From positions 24,197-88,196 of the forward strand of contig JAQZAZ010000008.1 of the NCBI GenBank assembly GCA_029239355.1: a DNA stretch of 64,000 nucleotides. Reading direction: 5' to 3'. This DNA comes from Sphingobacterium sp. GTDB lineage: Bacteria > Bacteroidota > Bacteroidia > Sphingobacteriales > Sphingobacteriaceae. The first letter of the stretch is position 1. Each line of letters begins with the position of its first letter. Below, piece by piece: positions 9,010 through 18,980 of this stretch. The notes below the pieces were generated by a model, which did not search any database, had not been told where the DNA came from, and saw only the letters and a list, made by a program, of their open reading frames with translations. The translations under genes were made by a program, and so were the position numbers.

Positions 9010-11406
9010 ATGAAGTTACATTATTTTATTTCTGTTCTCTTTCTGTTGCAGCTACAACTTGTATCTGGGCAGGGACGCGCCAAAATCCACTTTAATGAAA
9101 ACTGGCATTTCACGTTGCAGGATCAGCTGGGTTACCGCCTGCATGATATCGATCCCCAGGCTTGGGAACCGGTCGAACTCCCTCATGACTGGAGTATTAA
9201 AGCTGATTTTGGCGCTGCCTATCCTGCTGGAAACGCTGGTGGAGCATTGCCTGGCGGAATTGGCTGGTACAGTAAGGAATTTAAATTGCCTGCAGCAGAT
9301 CAGGGTAAATCTATACAGCTCTACTTTGGCGGAATTTACCGTTATGCGGAGATATGGATCAATGGCGTCTATTTGGGTAAAAAGCCTAATGGTTACCTCT
9401 CTTTTACATTAGATCTCACACCATATCTGAAATTTGGAAATCAGTATAACCGAATTGCCGTCCGGGTGGATAATAGTAAACAGCCAAACTCCAGATGGTA
9501 TTCGGGCTCGGGAATCTACCGTGATGTTTACCTGATCAAGACCGGTGCAGTACAACTCGATGAACAGGAGACTTTTATCACCACGCCCGAGACACATGGT
9601 GAATTGGGGCAGTTGAGAGTACTTTCTAAATTGAATAAGTTGGCGCGACCTAAAGGCGTTGCAGGAAATAAATATCAAATTACAGTTTGGGATCCCAAAG
9701 GAAATATACTGTTGAAAAAAACAGGGGTTGAGAAAGATGGATATATTGATGCATCCCTTCAAGTGGAAAAACCACAACGTTGGAGTCCCCTTTCTCCGAA
9801 TTTATACCGGGTGCAACTGGCTCTTTTAACTGAAAATAATACAGTTGAAGATCAAATCGAAAAGAGAATTGGATTCCGGACAATTCGATTTGATGCAAAA
9901 ACAGGTTTTTACTTAAACGGCGAGGCTTTGAAGATTTATGGAGTCTGCATGCATCATGATTTGGGCATTTTAGGGGCGGCTTTCAATAAGTCCGCTGCAA
10001 AAAGGCAGCTTGTGATGATGAAAGAAATGGGCGCAAATGCCATTCGCACTGCGCATAATCCACCCGCAGAAGAGTTACTCGATCTCTGCGACGAAATGGG
10101 AATTTTGGTTTACAATGAAGCCTTTGACATGTGGAAAAAGCGAAAAAATAAGTTCGACTACCACATGGACTTTCCTACGGAACACCTCAAGGATATTGAG
10201 GCATGGGTGCGTCGAGATCGCAATCATGCTTCGGTTATCCTATGGAGCATCGGAAATGAAATCCGAGAACAATTTGACTCTACGGGTATTGCCTTAACGC
10301 AAGAAATGGCCAAATTGGTTAAATCTCTGGATCCAACACGTCCCGTTACTGCTGCTTTGACAGAAAATAATTATGTAAAAAACTTTATCGCACAAGCAGA
10401 GACTTTAGATGTGCTGGGCTTCAATTACAAACATGAAGATTATGATAAATTACCTGTAGAATTTAAAAATATACCGCTGTTGGCATCAGAAACTGTTTCT
10501 GCCTTACAGACCAGAGGGGTATATGACAAGTTGCAAGATACGATTCAGCTGTGGCCTGCTTCATCGAAGGACAAATATGTCGTGAATGGCAATCCAGATT
10601 TTACAGTCTCGGCCTATGATAATGTTGCTGCCTATTGGGGCACAAGCCATGAGAAAGCCTGGCTAGCGGTCAAGAATCGTCCTTTCCTGGCCGGAACCTT
10701 TGTCTGGACCGGCTTCGATTATCTAGGCGAGCCCGTGCCTTACCCTTATCCTGCAAGGAGCTCATACTATGGTATTGTCGATCTTGCCGGTATTCCCAAA
10801 GACGTGTACTATATGTATCAGTCTGAATGGACAGACAAAGATGTCCTGCATCTTTTACCGCATTGGAATTGGAAAACCGGTGATAGTGTGGACGTGTGGG
10901 CTTATTATAACAAGGCTGATGCGGTCGAACTGTTTCTCAATGGTAAGAGTCTGGGAACTTCAGCCAAGACCGCAGATCGTTTGCACGCCAGCTGGAAGGT
11001 GCCTTTTGAAAAAGGTGAACTGAAGGTGGTTAAAAAGCGTAACGGTATAATTGTTCAGGAGGCGAGTGTCCGTACAGCAACAGAAGCACATGCAGTAAAA
11101 GTTTCCATGGAACATGAAAAATATGCCGCTGGGGAGTCCCGCGACCTTTACTTTGTTACAGCAGAACTGGTGGACCAAGCAGGACATCCCGTGTTGCACA
11201 ATGATCAGGAAATTGAGTTCATTGTAAAGGGGGATGCGGAAGTTCTGGGAACCGACAATGGATTTCAGGCTGATCTAAGGGGATTGCATCGTCCCAACAG
11301 AAAAACATTTAAAGGGAAAGCATTAGGAATTATTCAAAAAATAGCCGATACGCCTTGCACCGTAATTATCCGTTCGGCTTTGGGGGACCAACAAATTACA
11401 ATCTAA
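9010..11406 (+). CDS. GH2 beta-glycosidase (beta-galactosidase/beta-glucuronidase type)
   Basis: LPHDWSI, RWYSGSGIYR, NAIRTAHNP, WSIGNE (acid/base) and FVWTGFDYLGEP; signal peptide. Confidence 0.93.
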   Translation: MKLHYFISVLFLLQLQLVSGQGRAKIHFNENWHFTLQDQLGYRLHDIDPQAWEPVELPHDWSIKADFGAAYPAGNAGGALPGGIGWYSKEFKLPAADQGKSIQLYFGGIYRYAEIWINGVYLGKKPNGYLSFTLDLTPYLKFGNQYNRIAVRVDNSKQPNSRWYSGSGIYRDVYLIKTGAVQLDEQETFITTPETHGELGQLRVLSKLNKLARPKGVAGNKYQITVWDPKGNILLKKTGVEKDGYIDASLQVEKPQRWSPLSPNLYRVQLALLTENNTVEDQIEKRIGFRTIRFDAKTGFYLNGEALKIYGVCMHHDLGILGAAFNKSAAKRQLVMMKEMGANAIRTAHNPPAEELLDLCDEMGILVYNEAFDMWKKRKNKFDYHMDFPTEHLKDIEAWVRRDRNHASVILWSIGNEIREQFDSTGIALTQEMAKLVKSLDPTRPVTAALTENNYVKNFIAQAETLDVLGFNYKHEDYDKLPVEFKNIPLLASETVSALQTRGVYDKLQDTIQLWPASSKDKYVVNGNPDFTVSAYDNVAAYWGTSHEKAWLAVKNRPFLAGTFVWTGFDYLGEPVPYPYPARSSYYGIVDLAGIPKDVYYMYQSEWTDKDVLHLLPHWNWKTGDSVDVWAYYNKADAVELFLNGKSLGTSAKTADRLHASWKVPFEKGELKVVKKRNGIIVQEASVRTATEAHAVKVSMEHEKYAAGESRDLYFVTAELVDQAGHPVLHNDQEIEFIVKGDAEVLGTDNGFQADLRGLHRPNRKTFKGKALGIIQKIADTPCTVIIRSALGDQQITI

Positions 11407-11494
11407 GTACAGCTAGATATTCTTCACGAACGAACAGCTAAATAAATAGTAAAATAATAACCACACTGAACAAATTAAATCTAATAACTCAATT

Positions 11495-14400
11495 ATGAAC
11501 AAAAACAAGATTAATCTCGGAAAAATGACATTGGGGGCCGCTGCTTCCGGTTCAAAATATCCGATGTTAATGCTCTTTTGCAGTAGTTTTATACTCGGAA
11601 ATCCATTGATTTCCAATGCTGCGTTAAATGTCACTACGTTTCATAAAATCACTGTAAATCAACTAAAAGAAATAAAAGGTAAAGTTACAGACGAGCAGGG
11701 CAATCCTATTGTTGGCGCTACTGTAACAGTTGTCAATTCTACGCAATCAACCTCCTCCAACGCAACTGGAGAATTTACACTTAAAATAACAGGGGAGAGC
11801 GGCACAATCAAAATCACTTCAGTTGGCTACACGGAAAATGTGTTGGCAGTAAAAGCAGGCGACAGCGTTAATGTTGCGCTTAAGAAAAATGATCAGGCTT
11901 TAGACGAGGTCGTGGTAATCGGTTATGGTACGGCCAAACGTCGGGATCTAACGGGGGCCGTGGCTTCCGTTAAATCTGAAGAGATTATGATGACGCCAAC
12001 GGCCAATGTCATGGACGCCCTTCAGGGAAAAGTCTCCGGTCTGGATATCACCAAATCATCCGGACGTGCAGGTGCCAATGTCGGTGCGAGCCTAAGGGGC
12101 AACAGGTCTTTCAGTGGTGATAATAATCCGCTCTATATTATTGATGGTATTCCAGGTGATTTTACGAGTTTAAATCCCAGTGATATCGAATCCATAGACA
12201 TTCTGAAGGATGCCTCATCGACGGCAATCTATGGTTCTGCAGGTTCAAATGGTGTAATTATCATTACGACAAAACAGGGTAAGGCGGGTAAAGCGATCGT
12301 GAATTTTGATTCCTATTTTGGCTATAATGGATTCCCAAAATATCCCCATGGATTGCTGGGAGACGATTATATGAAACTGAAAAGGGAAGCTTACCGTGGT
12401 GAGCATGGCAATTACCCAGAATTTGCCAATAATATCTTTAAGAATCCTGCACAGTTGGAGGCCTTTGAAAACGGTAAATGGGTGGACTGGATGGACCTGG
12501 TCTTAAAAGACGGAATCCAGCAGAACTATAGCTTTTCAGTGAATGGCGGTAATGAAAAAACAAAAGCTTTTTTGTCGCTCAACTATAACGATGAAGAAGG
12601 TCTTATAAAAAATGATAATAATAAAAAGTACGCTGTAAGGGCAAATATAGATCATAAACTTTCTGACCTGTTTAAAGTAGGTACGAATCTACAGTACACG
12701 TATAAGGACAATAACCAGGCCGCACAAAATGTATTCGGCAACAGCCTGACCTTTTTGCCTCTCGGAAATGCGTTTGATGCTGATGGTAATATCAATCATA
12801 TCCCAGTGGACGGTGTTACCAATCCCTTGTCTGATCAGATCAAGGATCAATATAAAAATAACATTCTGAGCAACTATTTTGCTGGGAATGCCTATCTTGA
12901 TTTTACCCCGGTCAAAGGGCTCTCGTTTCGTTCGATCTTCGGCGCAACCATAGGATCCCAACGTACGGGCCGATATTTTGGGACGCAATCCATAGCCAAT
13001 CCCGAAGCGGGTTTTAAATTACCGGCCGCAGTCATCATCAATGACAGGAATTACAATTATCGCTGGGAAAATATCTTAAATTATGAATTTGACCTGCATG
13101 AGGACCACCATTTTGCATTGACGGGAGTAACCTCGTGGTCGAAAAACCAAGCGGAACAAGCTTACGCAGGTGGATCCGGATTCGACCTGGATTCTTATTC
13201 TTTCCACAATCTGAGTGCGGCCACCACTTCTGTAATTCGCTCTTCTTATATTGGTTCACAGTCGATGTCTTATGTGGGGCGTATCAACTATAACTATCAG
13301 GGGCGATATTTGCTATCCGTTTCCAGCCGTTGGGATGGTGTTTCTCGATTATCCGAGGGCAATAAATGGGACGTATTTCCAGCAGGAGCATTTGCTTGGC
13401 GCCTAAGTGATGAGCAGTTCTTTGCGCCATTGAAAGGCAAAATATCGGAGTTAAAGCTACGCGCAGGTTATGGTATCACCGGTAATTCGGGGGGCGTGGG
13501 CGCCTATGGTACACAAGCAGGTGGATATAATGCGCCTAAACCGGTAGGTTTTGGTGAAAGTACACTCGGTCCAGCTTTTATTCTGAATCAACAACTTGCT
13601 AATAGGGACCTGGGCTGGGAGAAGTCGTATACAACAAATATTGGTCTAGATGCGCAATTCTTGAACCAGAAAGCTAACCTAACTATTGATTGGTACAATA
13701 CAGAAACAAAAGATCTGCTCTTTCTACGGGATATGCCAGCTTCGTTAGGCGGTTCCTGGGGAGCGCCTTTCAAGATGTGGCAGAATATTGGTGCTACAAA
13801 CAATAGAGGATTTGAACTCGCATTAAATACAAAAAATATTCAGGGAGATAGTTTTACCTGGAATTCAACATTGACTTTTGCCGCGAATAAAGAACGTGTG
13901 ACCTCATTACCGGGGGGGAAAGACCTGATTTCAAATAACCTATTTATCAATCAGCCAATCAAAACGTTTTTTGATTATCAGTACCTCGGTATCTGGCAGG
14001 AAAGTGAAGCGGAGCAGGCAGCCTTATTCAATTCCAAACCGGGTGATATTAAGTTAGCCACTGATGGTACGGTCAATGAAGATGGTACGCATGCATATGG
14101 AGCCAAAGATAAACGTATTCTTGGATCAGCGGTTCCGAAATGGACGGGTGGATTTCAGAATAATTTCAAATACCATAACTGGGACCTTTCGGTATTTTTA
14201 ACCGCAAGATGGGGACAGATGTTGTCCAGCAACTTGATCACGCGTTATGATCCGACAACAGGTGTAGGAAATAGTCCCGACGATATAGATTATTGGACAC
14301 CGGAAAATCCCGGCGCTTATTTGCCAAGACCAGGATTACATTCCTCGACCAGTGGCTATATCGGGTTTGATGCGTTGAAATACGTGGATGGATCCTATTT

Positions 14401-14611
14401 TAAGATTCGGAATATTACCTTGGGCTATAGTTTGCCAAAGTCATTCATTAAGCGTCTTTCCATGGAACGTTTCCGTTTTTATGCAACCGCTAACAATCCG
14501 TTCATCTTTACAAAAAGTAAGCTGTTAAAGTACCAGGATCCCGAATCCAACGGTTCGGATAATTTCCCGTTGACCAAGCAGTTTGTGCTCGGATTAAATG
14601 TTACTTTTTAA
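11495..14611 (+). CDS. susC: SusC/RagA family TonB-dependent outer-membrane transporter
   Basis: LDEVVVIGYG, plug motif PLYIIDG, DIESIDILKDASSTAIYGSAGSNGVIIITTK and C-terminal GLNVTF. Confidence 0.97.
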   Translation: MNKNKINLGKMTLGAAASGSKYPMLMLFCSSFILGNPLISNAALNVTTFHKITVNQLKEIKGKVTDEQGNPIVGATVTVVNSTQSTSSNATGEFTLKITGESGTIKITSVGYTENVLAVKAGDSVNVALKKNDQALDEVVVIGYGTAKRRDLTGAVASVKSEEIMMTPTANVMDALQGKVSGLDITKSSGRAGANVGASLRGNRSFSGDNNPLYIIDGIPGDFTSLNPSDIESIDILKDASSTAIYGSAGSNGVIIITTKQGKAGKAIVNFDSYFGYNGFPKYPHGLLGDDYMKLKREAYRGEHGNYPEFANNIFKNPAQLEAFENGKWVDWMDLVLKDGIQQNYSFSVNGGNEKTKAFLSLNYNDEEGLIKNDNNKKYAVRANIDHKLSDLFKVGTNLQYTYKDNNQAAQNVFGNSLTFLPLGNAFDADGNINHIPVDGVTNPLSDQIKDQYKNNILSNYFAGNAYLDFTPVKGLSFRSIFGATIGSQRTGRYFGTQSIANPEAGFKLPAAVIINDRNYNYRWENILNYEFDLHEDHHFALTGVTSWSKNQAEQAYAGGSGFDLDSYSFHNLSAATTSVIRSSYIGSQSMSYVGRINYNYQGRYLLSVSSRWDGVSRLSEGNKWDVFPAGAFAWRLSDEQFFAPLKGKISELKLRAGYGITGNSGGVGAYGTQAGGYNAPKPVGFGESTLGPAFILNQQLANRDLGWEKSYTTNIGLDAQFLNQKANLTIDWYNTETKDLLFLRDMPASLGGSWGAPFKMWQNIGATNNRGFELALNTKNIQGDSFTWNSTLTFAANKERVTSLPGGKDLISNNLFINQPIKTFFDYQYLGIWQESEAEQAALFNSKPGDIKLATDGTVNEDGTHAYGAKDKRILGSAVPKWTGGFQNNFKYHNWDLSVFLTARWGQMLSSNLITRYDPTTGVGNSPDDIDYWTPENPGAYLPRPGLHSSTSGYIGFDALKYVDGSYFKIRNITLGYSLPKSFIKRLSMERFRFYATANNPFIFTKSKLLKYQDPESNGSDNFPLTKQFVLGLNVTF

Positions 14612-14623
14612 TGCCAATATGTT

Positions 14624-16402
14624 ATGAAAATCAACTACTTCAATATACTCTTATGTGCAGGACTTTTTTTGAATTCCTGTTCTCTCGATGAATATAACCC
14701 TTCTGGGGTCACGGTGGATAAGGTCGCGGAAAATAAAGCCGGTTTCGATAAACTGATCAACAGCTGTTACTTTGATCTACCACGTTACTTCTATGGAAGA
14801 AACTTCTTACTCGTTACCGAGGGGGGGACTGATTTATGGACTGCGGATCTGAATTCAAATAATAACCAAAACTATTTAAAATATGCTTCTGGCGGTTCTA
14901 TGTCCATAGACATGGCCAAGGACTACTGGAATGGTGCTTATGATGCCATCAATTATTGTAATATCGTCATCGGCAGGGTGGATCAGGTCAAAGATTTTTC
15001 CAGCGAGCAAGAAAAACTGGAAAAAGTTGCCCAAGCTTATTTTTTAAGAGGATTGTATTATTTCCATCTAGTCGAACAGTTTGGTCCTTGTCCGCTTAAC
15101 CTCACGGAGACCACAACAGCCAATACTGCCGCCATACGTACACCTGTGCTGGAAATTTATGAAAAATGTATCCTGCCTGATCTGCGGTATGCTGCAGAAC
15201 ACTTGCCTGTAGGACCTACAGAAGTCGGACGGCCAAGTCAGAAGGCTGCATTGGGCCTATTGGCAAAAGCTTGTTTGCAGACAAAAGAATATAATACCAA
15301 TCAGTACCTGGAGGAAGCACTGCAGACGGCAAAAAAATTGATTGATAATCAGGTGGGCTACAACGTACACCTGTATGCCTCCTTTATAGATAATTTTAAC
15401 GCGGCAAATAACAAGAAAAACGCCGAAGCACTTTACCAGATTCCTTATTCGCAGGAGTATGGATCCACCAATGTATACGATCATAATAATGATTTTAAAC
15501 GGTTCTATTGTACGCCGACAACTTTTGGTGCCATACAGCTTGCCGGATTTCAGACCGAAGTAGGACGTTGGTCTGGCGGAACATTTATGCCGACCAAATA
15601 CCTGCTTGATGTATTCAAAAATAGCGATAACACCTTAGATCCTCGTTATGGTGTTTCATTCCAGACACAGTGGACCTCCAATGCGAATTATAACTGGAGC
15701 AGAGATGCTGTCGTGCAGTTTGACCGTGATGAAAATGCTGTCGCTGTCGGGGCTAACCTTCCTAAAGGAAGTGTAGCGATTAAAATAGCCCGTAGCGGCG
15801 AAGCTGGCTATGACGAAGAGAAAAAAGTCCAATTTCAGCAAAATTATATCTGGCTTGACCTAGAAGATGTCTATGGATCGGATAATAAGGTCAAAATGAA
15901 ATATACCCGGACAAATCAGCAGCCGGGACAGGTGGATAATCCATTTATCGGTTTTTATCCATCTCTGGTGAAATTCAATTCGGGCTCGTTAATTAGTCCG
16001 AAAGCAAACAATTTTACCAGCGACGCCTATGCTACTGTTATGCGTTTGGGAGAGGTATACCTCATTGCTGCCGAAGCTTCCTTTCACTTGAATGGTGCCA
16101 ACGGAACAGCCGCCAACTATATCAATGTATTACGCGACCGGGTAGGGGCCAAGCAGATTACTGCTGGAGATATCACAGCCCAGTTTATACTGGATGAGCG
16201 CGCTCGTGAGCTGTGTGGCGAGTACACACGTTGGTATGACTTGAAACGCATGGGCAAATTGAGCCGGTCGTATTTGATGGCGGTCAATCCCGATGTCGGA
16301 CAATATTTTAAGGATGGCGTACATGGCCTTCGTCCAATTCCGCAAGGACAGATGGACGCCATTAGTAACCCAGGTGAATTTCTTCAGAACAATGGGTATT
16401 GA
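14624..16402 (+). CDS. susD: SusD/RagB family glycan-binding lipoprotein
   Basis: Lipobox FLNS-C, AYFLRGLYYFHLV, RLGEVYLIAAEA and ILDERARELCGEYTRWYDLKR; directly follows susC. Confidence 0.97.
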   Translation: MKINYFNILLCAGLFLNSCSLDEYNPSGVTVDKVAENKAGFDKLINSCYFDLPRYFYGRNFLLVTEGGTDLWTADLNSNNNQNYLKYASGGSMSIDMAKDYWNGAYDAINYCNIVIGRVDQVKDFSSEQEKLEKVAQAYFLRGLYYFHLVEQFGPCPLNLTETTTANTAAIRTPVLEIYEKCILPDLRYAAEHLPVGPTEVGRPSQKAALGLLAKACLQTKEYNTNQYLEEALQTAKKLIDNQVGYNVHLYASFIDNFNAANNKKNAEALYQIPYSQEYGSTNVYDHNNDFKRFYCTPTTFGAIQLAGFQTEVGRWSGGTFMPTKYLLDVFKNSDNTLDPRYGVSFQTQWTSNANYNWSRDAVVQFDRDENAVAVGANLPKGSVAIKIARSGEAGYDEEKKVQFQQNYIWLDLEDVYGSDNKVKMKYTRTNQQPGQVDNPFIGFYPSLVKFNSGSLISPKANNFTSDAYATVMRLGEVYLIAAEASFHLNGANGTAANYINVLRDRVGAKQITAGDITAQFILDERARELCGEYTRWYDLKRMGKLSRSYLMAVNPDVGQYFKDGVHGLRPIPQGQMDAISNPGEFLQNNGY

Positions 16403-16418
16403 TAGCCATTGTTCTGAA
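16383..16418 (+). promoter_or_regulatory. 13-bp perfect stem-loop over the susD stop codon (mRNA stabiliser or partial terminator)
   Basis: TTCAGAACAATGG (16383-16395) pairs with CCATTGTTCTGAA (16406-16418). The 10-nt loop contains the susD TGA, and there is no U-tract. Confidence 0.6.
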
Positions 16419-16468
16419 TCTATAAGCACGGCTGAAACCGAATAGTATAATATTTAAATTATTTACAG

Positions 16469-18979
16469 ATGAAGCAGACAATTCTCATATGGTTTTTTAT
16501 ATTTTTTTCGCTCGGTAGTCTGTCGGCGCAGACAGGTGAAATCCATGTTGGTAAACAAAGCAACAAGGAACAACGGGATGGCAGCCCGGGAGCTCCATTT
16601 TCATGTTTGGAGGATGCCCTGCGTGAGGCTAGGGAATGGCGACGATTAAACGATCCGCGCATGCGGCATGGCATCACAATCTGGATTCAGGACGGACAGT
16701 ATGTGCCCACCCAGACCATTTTTATCCGCCCTGAAGACAGCGGAACAGCCGAAAGTCCGACATGGATAAAAGCGGTAGGCAACGAAGCCGTATTTTCGGG
16801 TGGGATTTCTGTTATAGACTGGCGGCAAGTAAAAAGTGAAAAGAGATTGGATCCTGCTATTGCTAAGCATATCATGGTGGCAGATGCCCCTCAGGCCGGA
16901 GGAAAGTATTTCCCTTTCTGTCAATTGTGGGTTGGCTCACGTAAAGCAATCCGTGCGGAAAGTCACGATGATGCCCACTTGCCCCGGATCATCAATTGGG
17001 ATTTTCAAAAACAAGCGGCCGTCATTCCGAACGTGTTACCGAAAAGGTTTGCCTATAAGGCCGGTATGGAGTTTTTCATCCATCAGTGGTGGGCAATAGC
17101 ACAGCTCCGGGTTCGTGAGGCGGTAGTCACAAAAGATAGTACCACACTATTTTTTCATGAACCGGAAGGTAAATTACAGAATGAACACCCTTGGCCTAAG
17201 CCTTGGTTGTCTAAGGAATATGGCAATTCGGCATTTCGTCTGGTCAATGCCCTTGAATTTTTGGATCAGCCGGGAGAATGGTTTTTGGATGAAGAAAACC
17301 ATAAAGTATATTATTATAAAAGACCTGATGAAAACTTAGATAAGTTACATGTTGTAGCGCCTTATCTCGAAACGATCCTGAGGATGCAAGGGACTTTGGA
17401 ATCACCTGTTTGTCATGTATATATCGAAGGGCTTCAATTTCAGCACAGCTCCTGGTTAAGGCCGTACTACTACGGACACGTTGCCTTACAGGCGGGAATG
17501 TATTTTTTGGACGCCTATAAACTGGCTAAACCAGGCACTAAGGATAAAGCGGGATTGGAGAATCAGGCTTGGCTGGGACGGCCTCAAGCGGCAGTCATGC
17601 TTAGCCATACGGCCTTTACCAATATTTCAGCTTGCCGATTTTCCCATTTGGCAGCAACAGGCATTGACTATCGGCAGGGCAACCTGAAGGATAGTCTAAT
17701 TGGCAATCTATTTCAGGACATCGGCGGATCGGGTGTACTGCTCGGTCAGTTTTCAGATGAGGAGATTGAAGCACATTTACCTTTTCAGCCCAGCGATGAG
17801 CGTATCTTGACCGATGGTGTTGTGGTCAGCAATAATCTAATCCAAGATATTGGGAATGAGGATTGGGGAACAGTAGGGATTGGTGCCGGTTTTGTCCGCA
17901 ATGTAGCTATTACAAACAATGAATTGCTTGATCTTCCGTACACAGGCATTAGCTTGGGCTGGGGCTGGACACCTACAGTCAATGCTATGCGTAATAATCG
18001 TGTTTTCAAAAATAAGATCACACGTTATGGCAAATACATGTATGATGTAGCCGGTATTTACACCTTATCGGCTCAGCCCGGAACAAAAATTCAGGAAAAT
18101 TATATCGACAGTATCTATGTGTCGCCTTATGCGCATATTCCTGAACATTGGTTTTATCTCTATACCGATGAAGGCTCAGCCTATATGAATGTCAGCAACA
18201 ACTGGTTCCCATCCAATAAAATATTGCGAAATGCGAATGGGCCGAGTGTTGAGTGGATAAAGAATGGACCCGAGGCGGATGCCAGGGTCAAAGAAGAAGC
18301 TGGCATCGGTCCACGTTATGCCTATTTATTGTCTGAAAAACGATCAATACCTAAAAATGTAGCTTTCAATACATATATTCCTTTTACCAAACCTGTATTT
18401 TTTCAGATCCATGATGCAAAAAAGCAGCTTAAGCTGACTGAAATCAAAGATTTTTTTGCTAAACAAGGAGCCGATAGCAGCCAGGTATATCGTTGGAAGG
18501 ATTACATCTTGCTGATGACAGACGATGAAATCGGTAAGAAAATATCGAGTGCTTGGGTAGCTAATTATCCGGCAATTTCTTATAAGTTGTTCAATGATCT
18601 ATTTTATACGTTCGATCGGAGCAACTGTGGAACCGAGAAAGTGAAAGATATCGATTTTGTGTTACTTACCGCACAACTGGTGGACGATAAATCGAAACAG
18701 GAGGCTTATTTCGAAGCCCATAAAAATCAATCTAAAGAATGGCCCGAAGTTGCAGCAGGGTTCTGCAAAGCCGGCTTTGACGAGGTATTGGTCTACCGAA
18801 ATGGAAGGCAGCTTATGTTATATATTTCTTTTCCAAAAGGTCAGGATTTTAAAACAATCGATCAGCTGACGACCAGGGACAATCCACGGGTTATGGAATG
18901 GAACAAACTTATGGGGACCTATCAGGAAGGTATTCCCGGAACGGGAGTGAATGAAACATGGATTTTTTATAAACAATAA
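16469..18979 (+). CDS. GH141 (alpha-L-fucosidase, BT1002-type) beta-helix enzyme with C-terminal L-rhamnose/L-fucose mutarotase-like domain
   Basis: FFIHQWWAIAQLR, EFLDQPGEWFLD, LPYTGISLGWGW, DVAGIYTLSAQPG and YLYTDEGS. The C-terminal ~110 aa (Y..AH..WPEV..G..VY..NPRV.EW..LM..YQ) follows the RhaM/FucU-type mutarotase pattern. Signal peptide present. Confidence 0.82.
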   Translation: MKQTILIWFFIFFSLGSLSAQTGEIHVGKQSNKEQRDGSPGAPFSCLEDALREAREWRRLNDPRMRHGITIWIQDGQYVPTQTIFIRPEDSGTAESPTWIKAVGNEAVFSGGISVIDWRQVKSEKRLDPAIAKHIMVADAPQAGGKYFPFCQLWVGSRKAIRAESHDDAHLPRIINWDFQKQAAVIPNVLPKRFAYKAGMEFFIHQWWAIAQLRVREAVVTKDSTTLFFHEPEGKLQNEHPWPKPWLSKEYGNSAFRLVNALEFLDQPGEWFLDEENHKVYYYKRPDENLDKLHVVAPYLETILRMQGTLESPVCHVYIEGLQFQHSSWLRPYYYGHVALQAGMYFLDAYKLAKPGTKDKAGLENQAWLGRPQAAVMLSHTAFTNISACRFSHLAATGIDYRQGNLKDSLIGNLFQDIGGSGVLLGQFSDEEIEAHLPFQPSDERILTDGVVVSNNLIQDIGNEDWGTVGIGAGFVRNVAITNNELLDLPYTGISLGWGWTPTVNAMRNNRVFKNKITRYGKYMYDVAGIYTLSAQPGTKIQENYIDSIYVSPYAHIPEHWFYLYTDEGSAYMNVSNNWFPSNKILRNANGPSVEWIKNGPEADARVKEEAGIGPRYAYLLSEKRSIPKNVAFNTYIPFTKPVFFQIHDAKKQLKLTEIKDFFAKQGADSSQVYRWKDYILLMTDDEIGKKISSAWVANYPAISYKLFNDLFYTFDRSNCGTEKVKDIDFVLLTAQLVDDKSKQEAYFEAHKNQSKEWPEVAAGFCKAGFDEVLVYRNGRQLMLYISFPKGQDFKTIDQLTTRDNPRVMEWNKLMGTYQEGIPGTGVNETWIFYKQ

Positions 18980-18980
18980 A

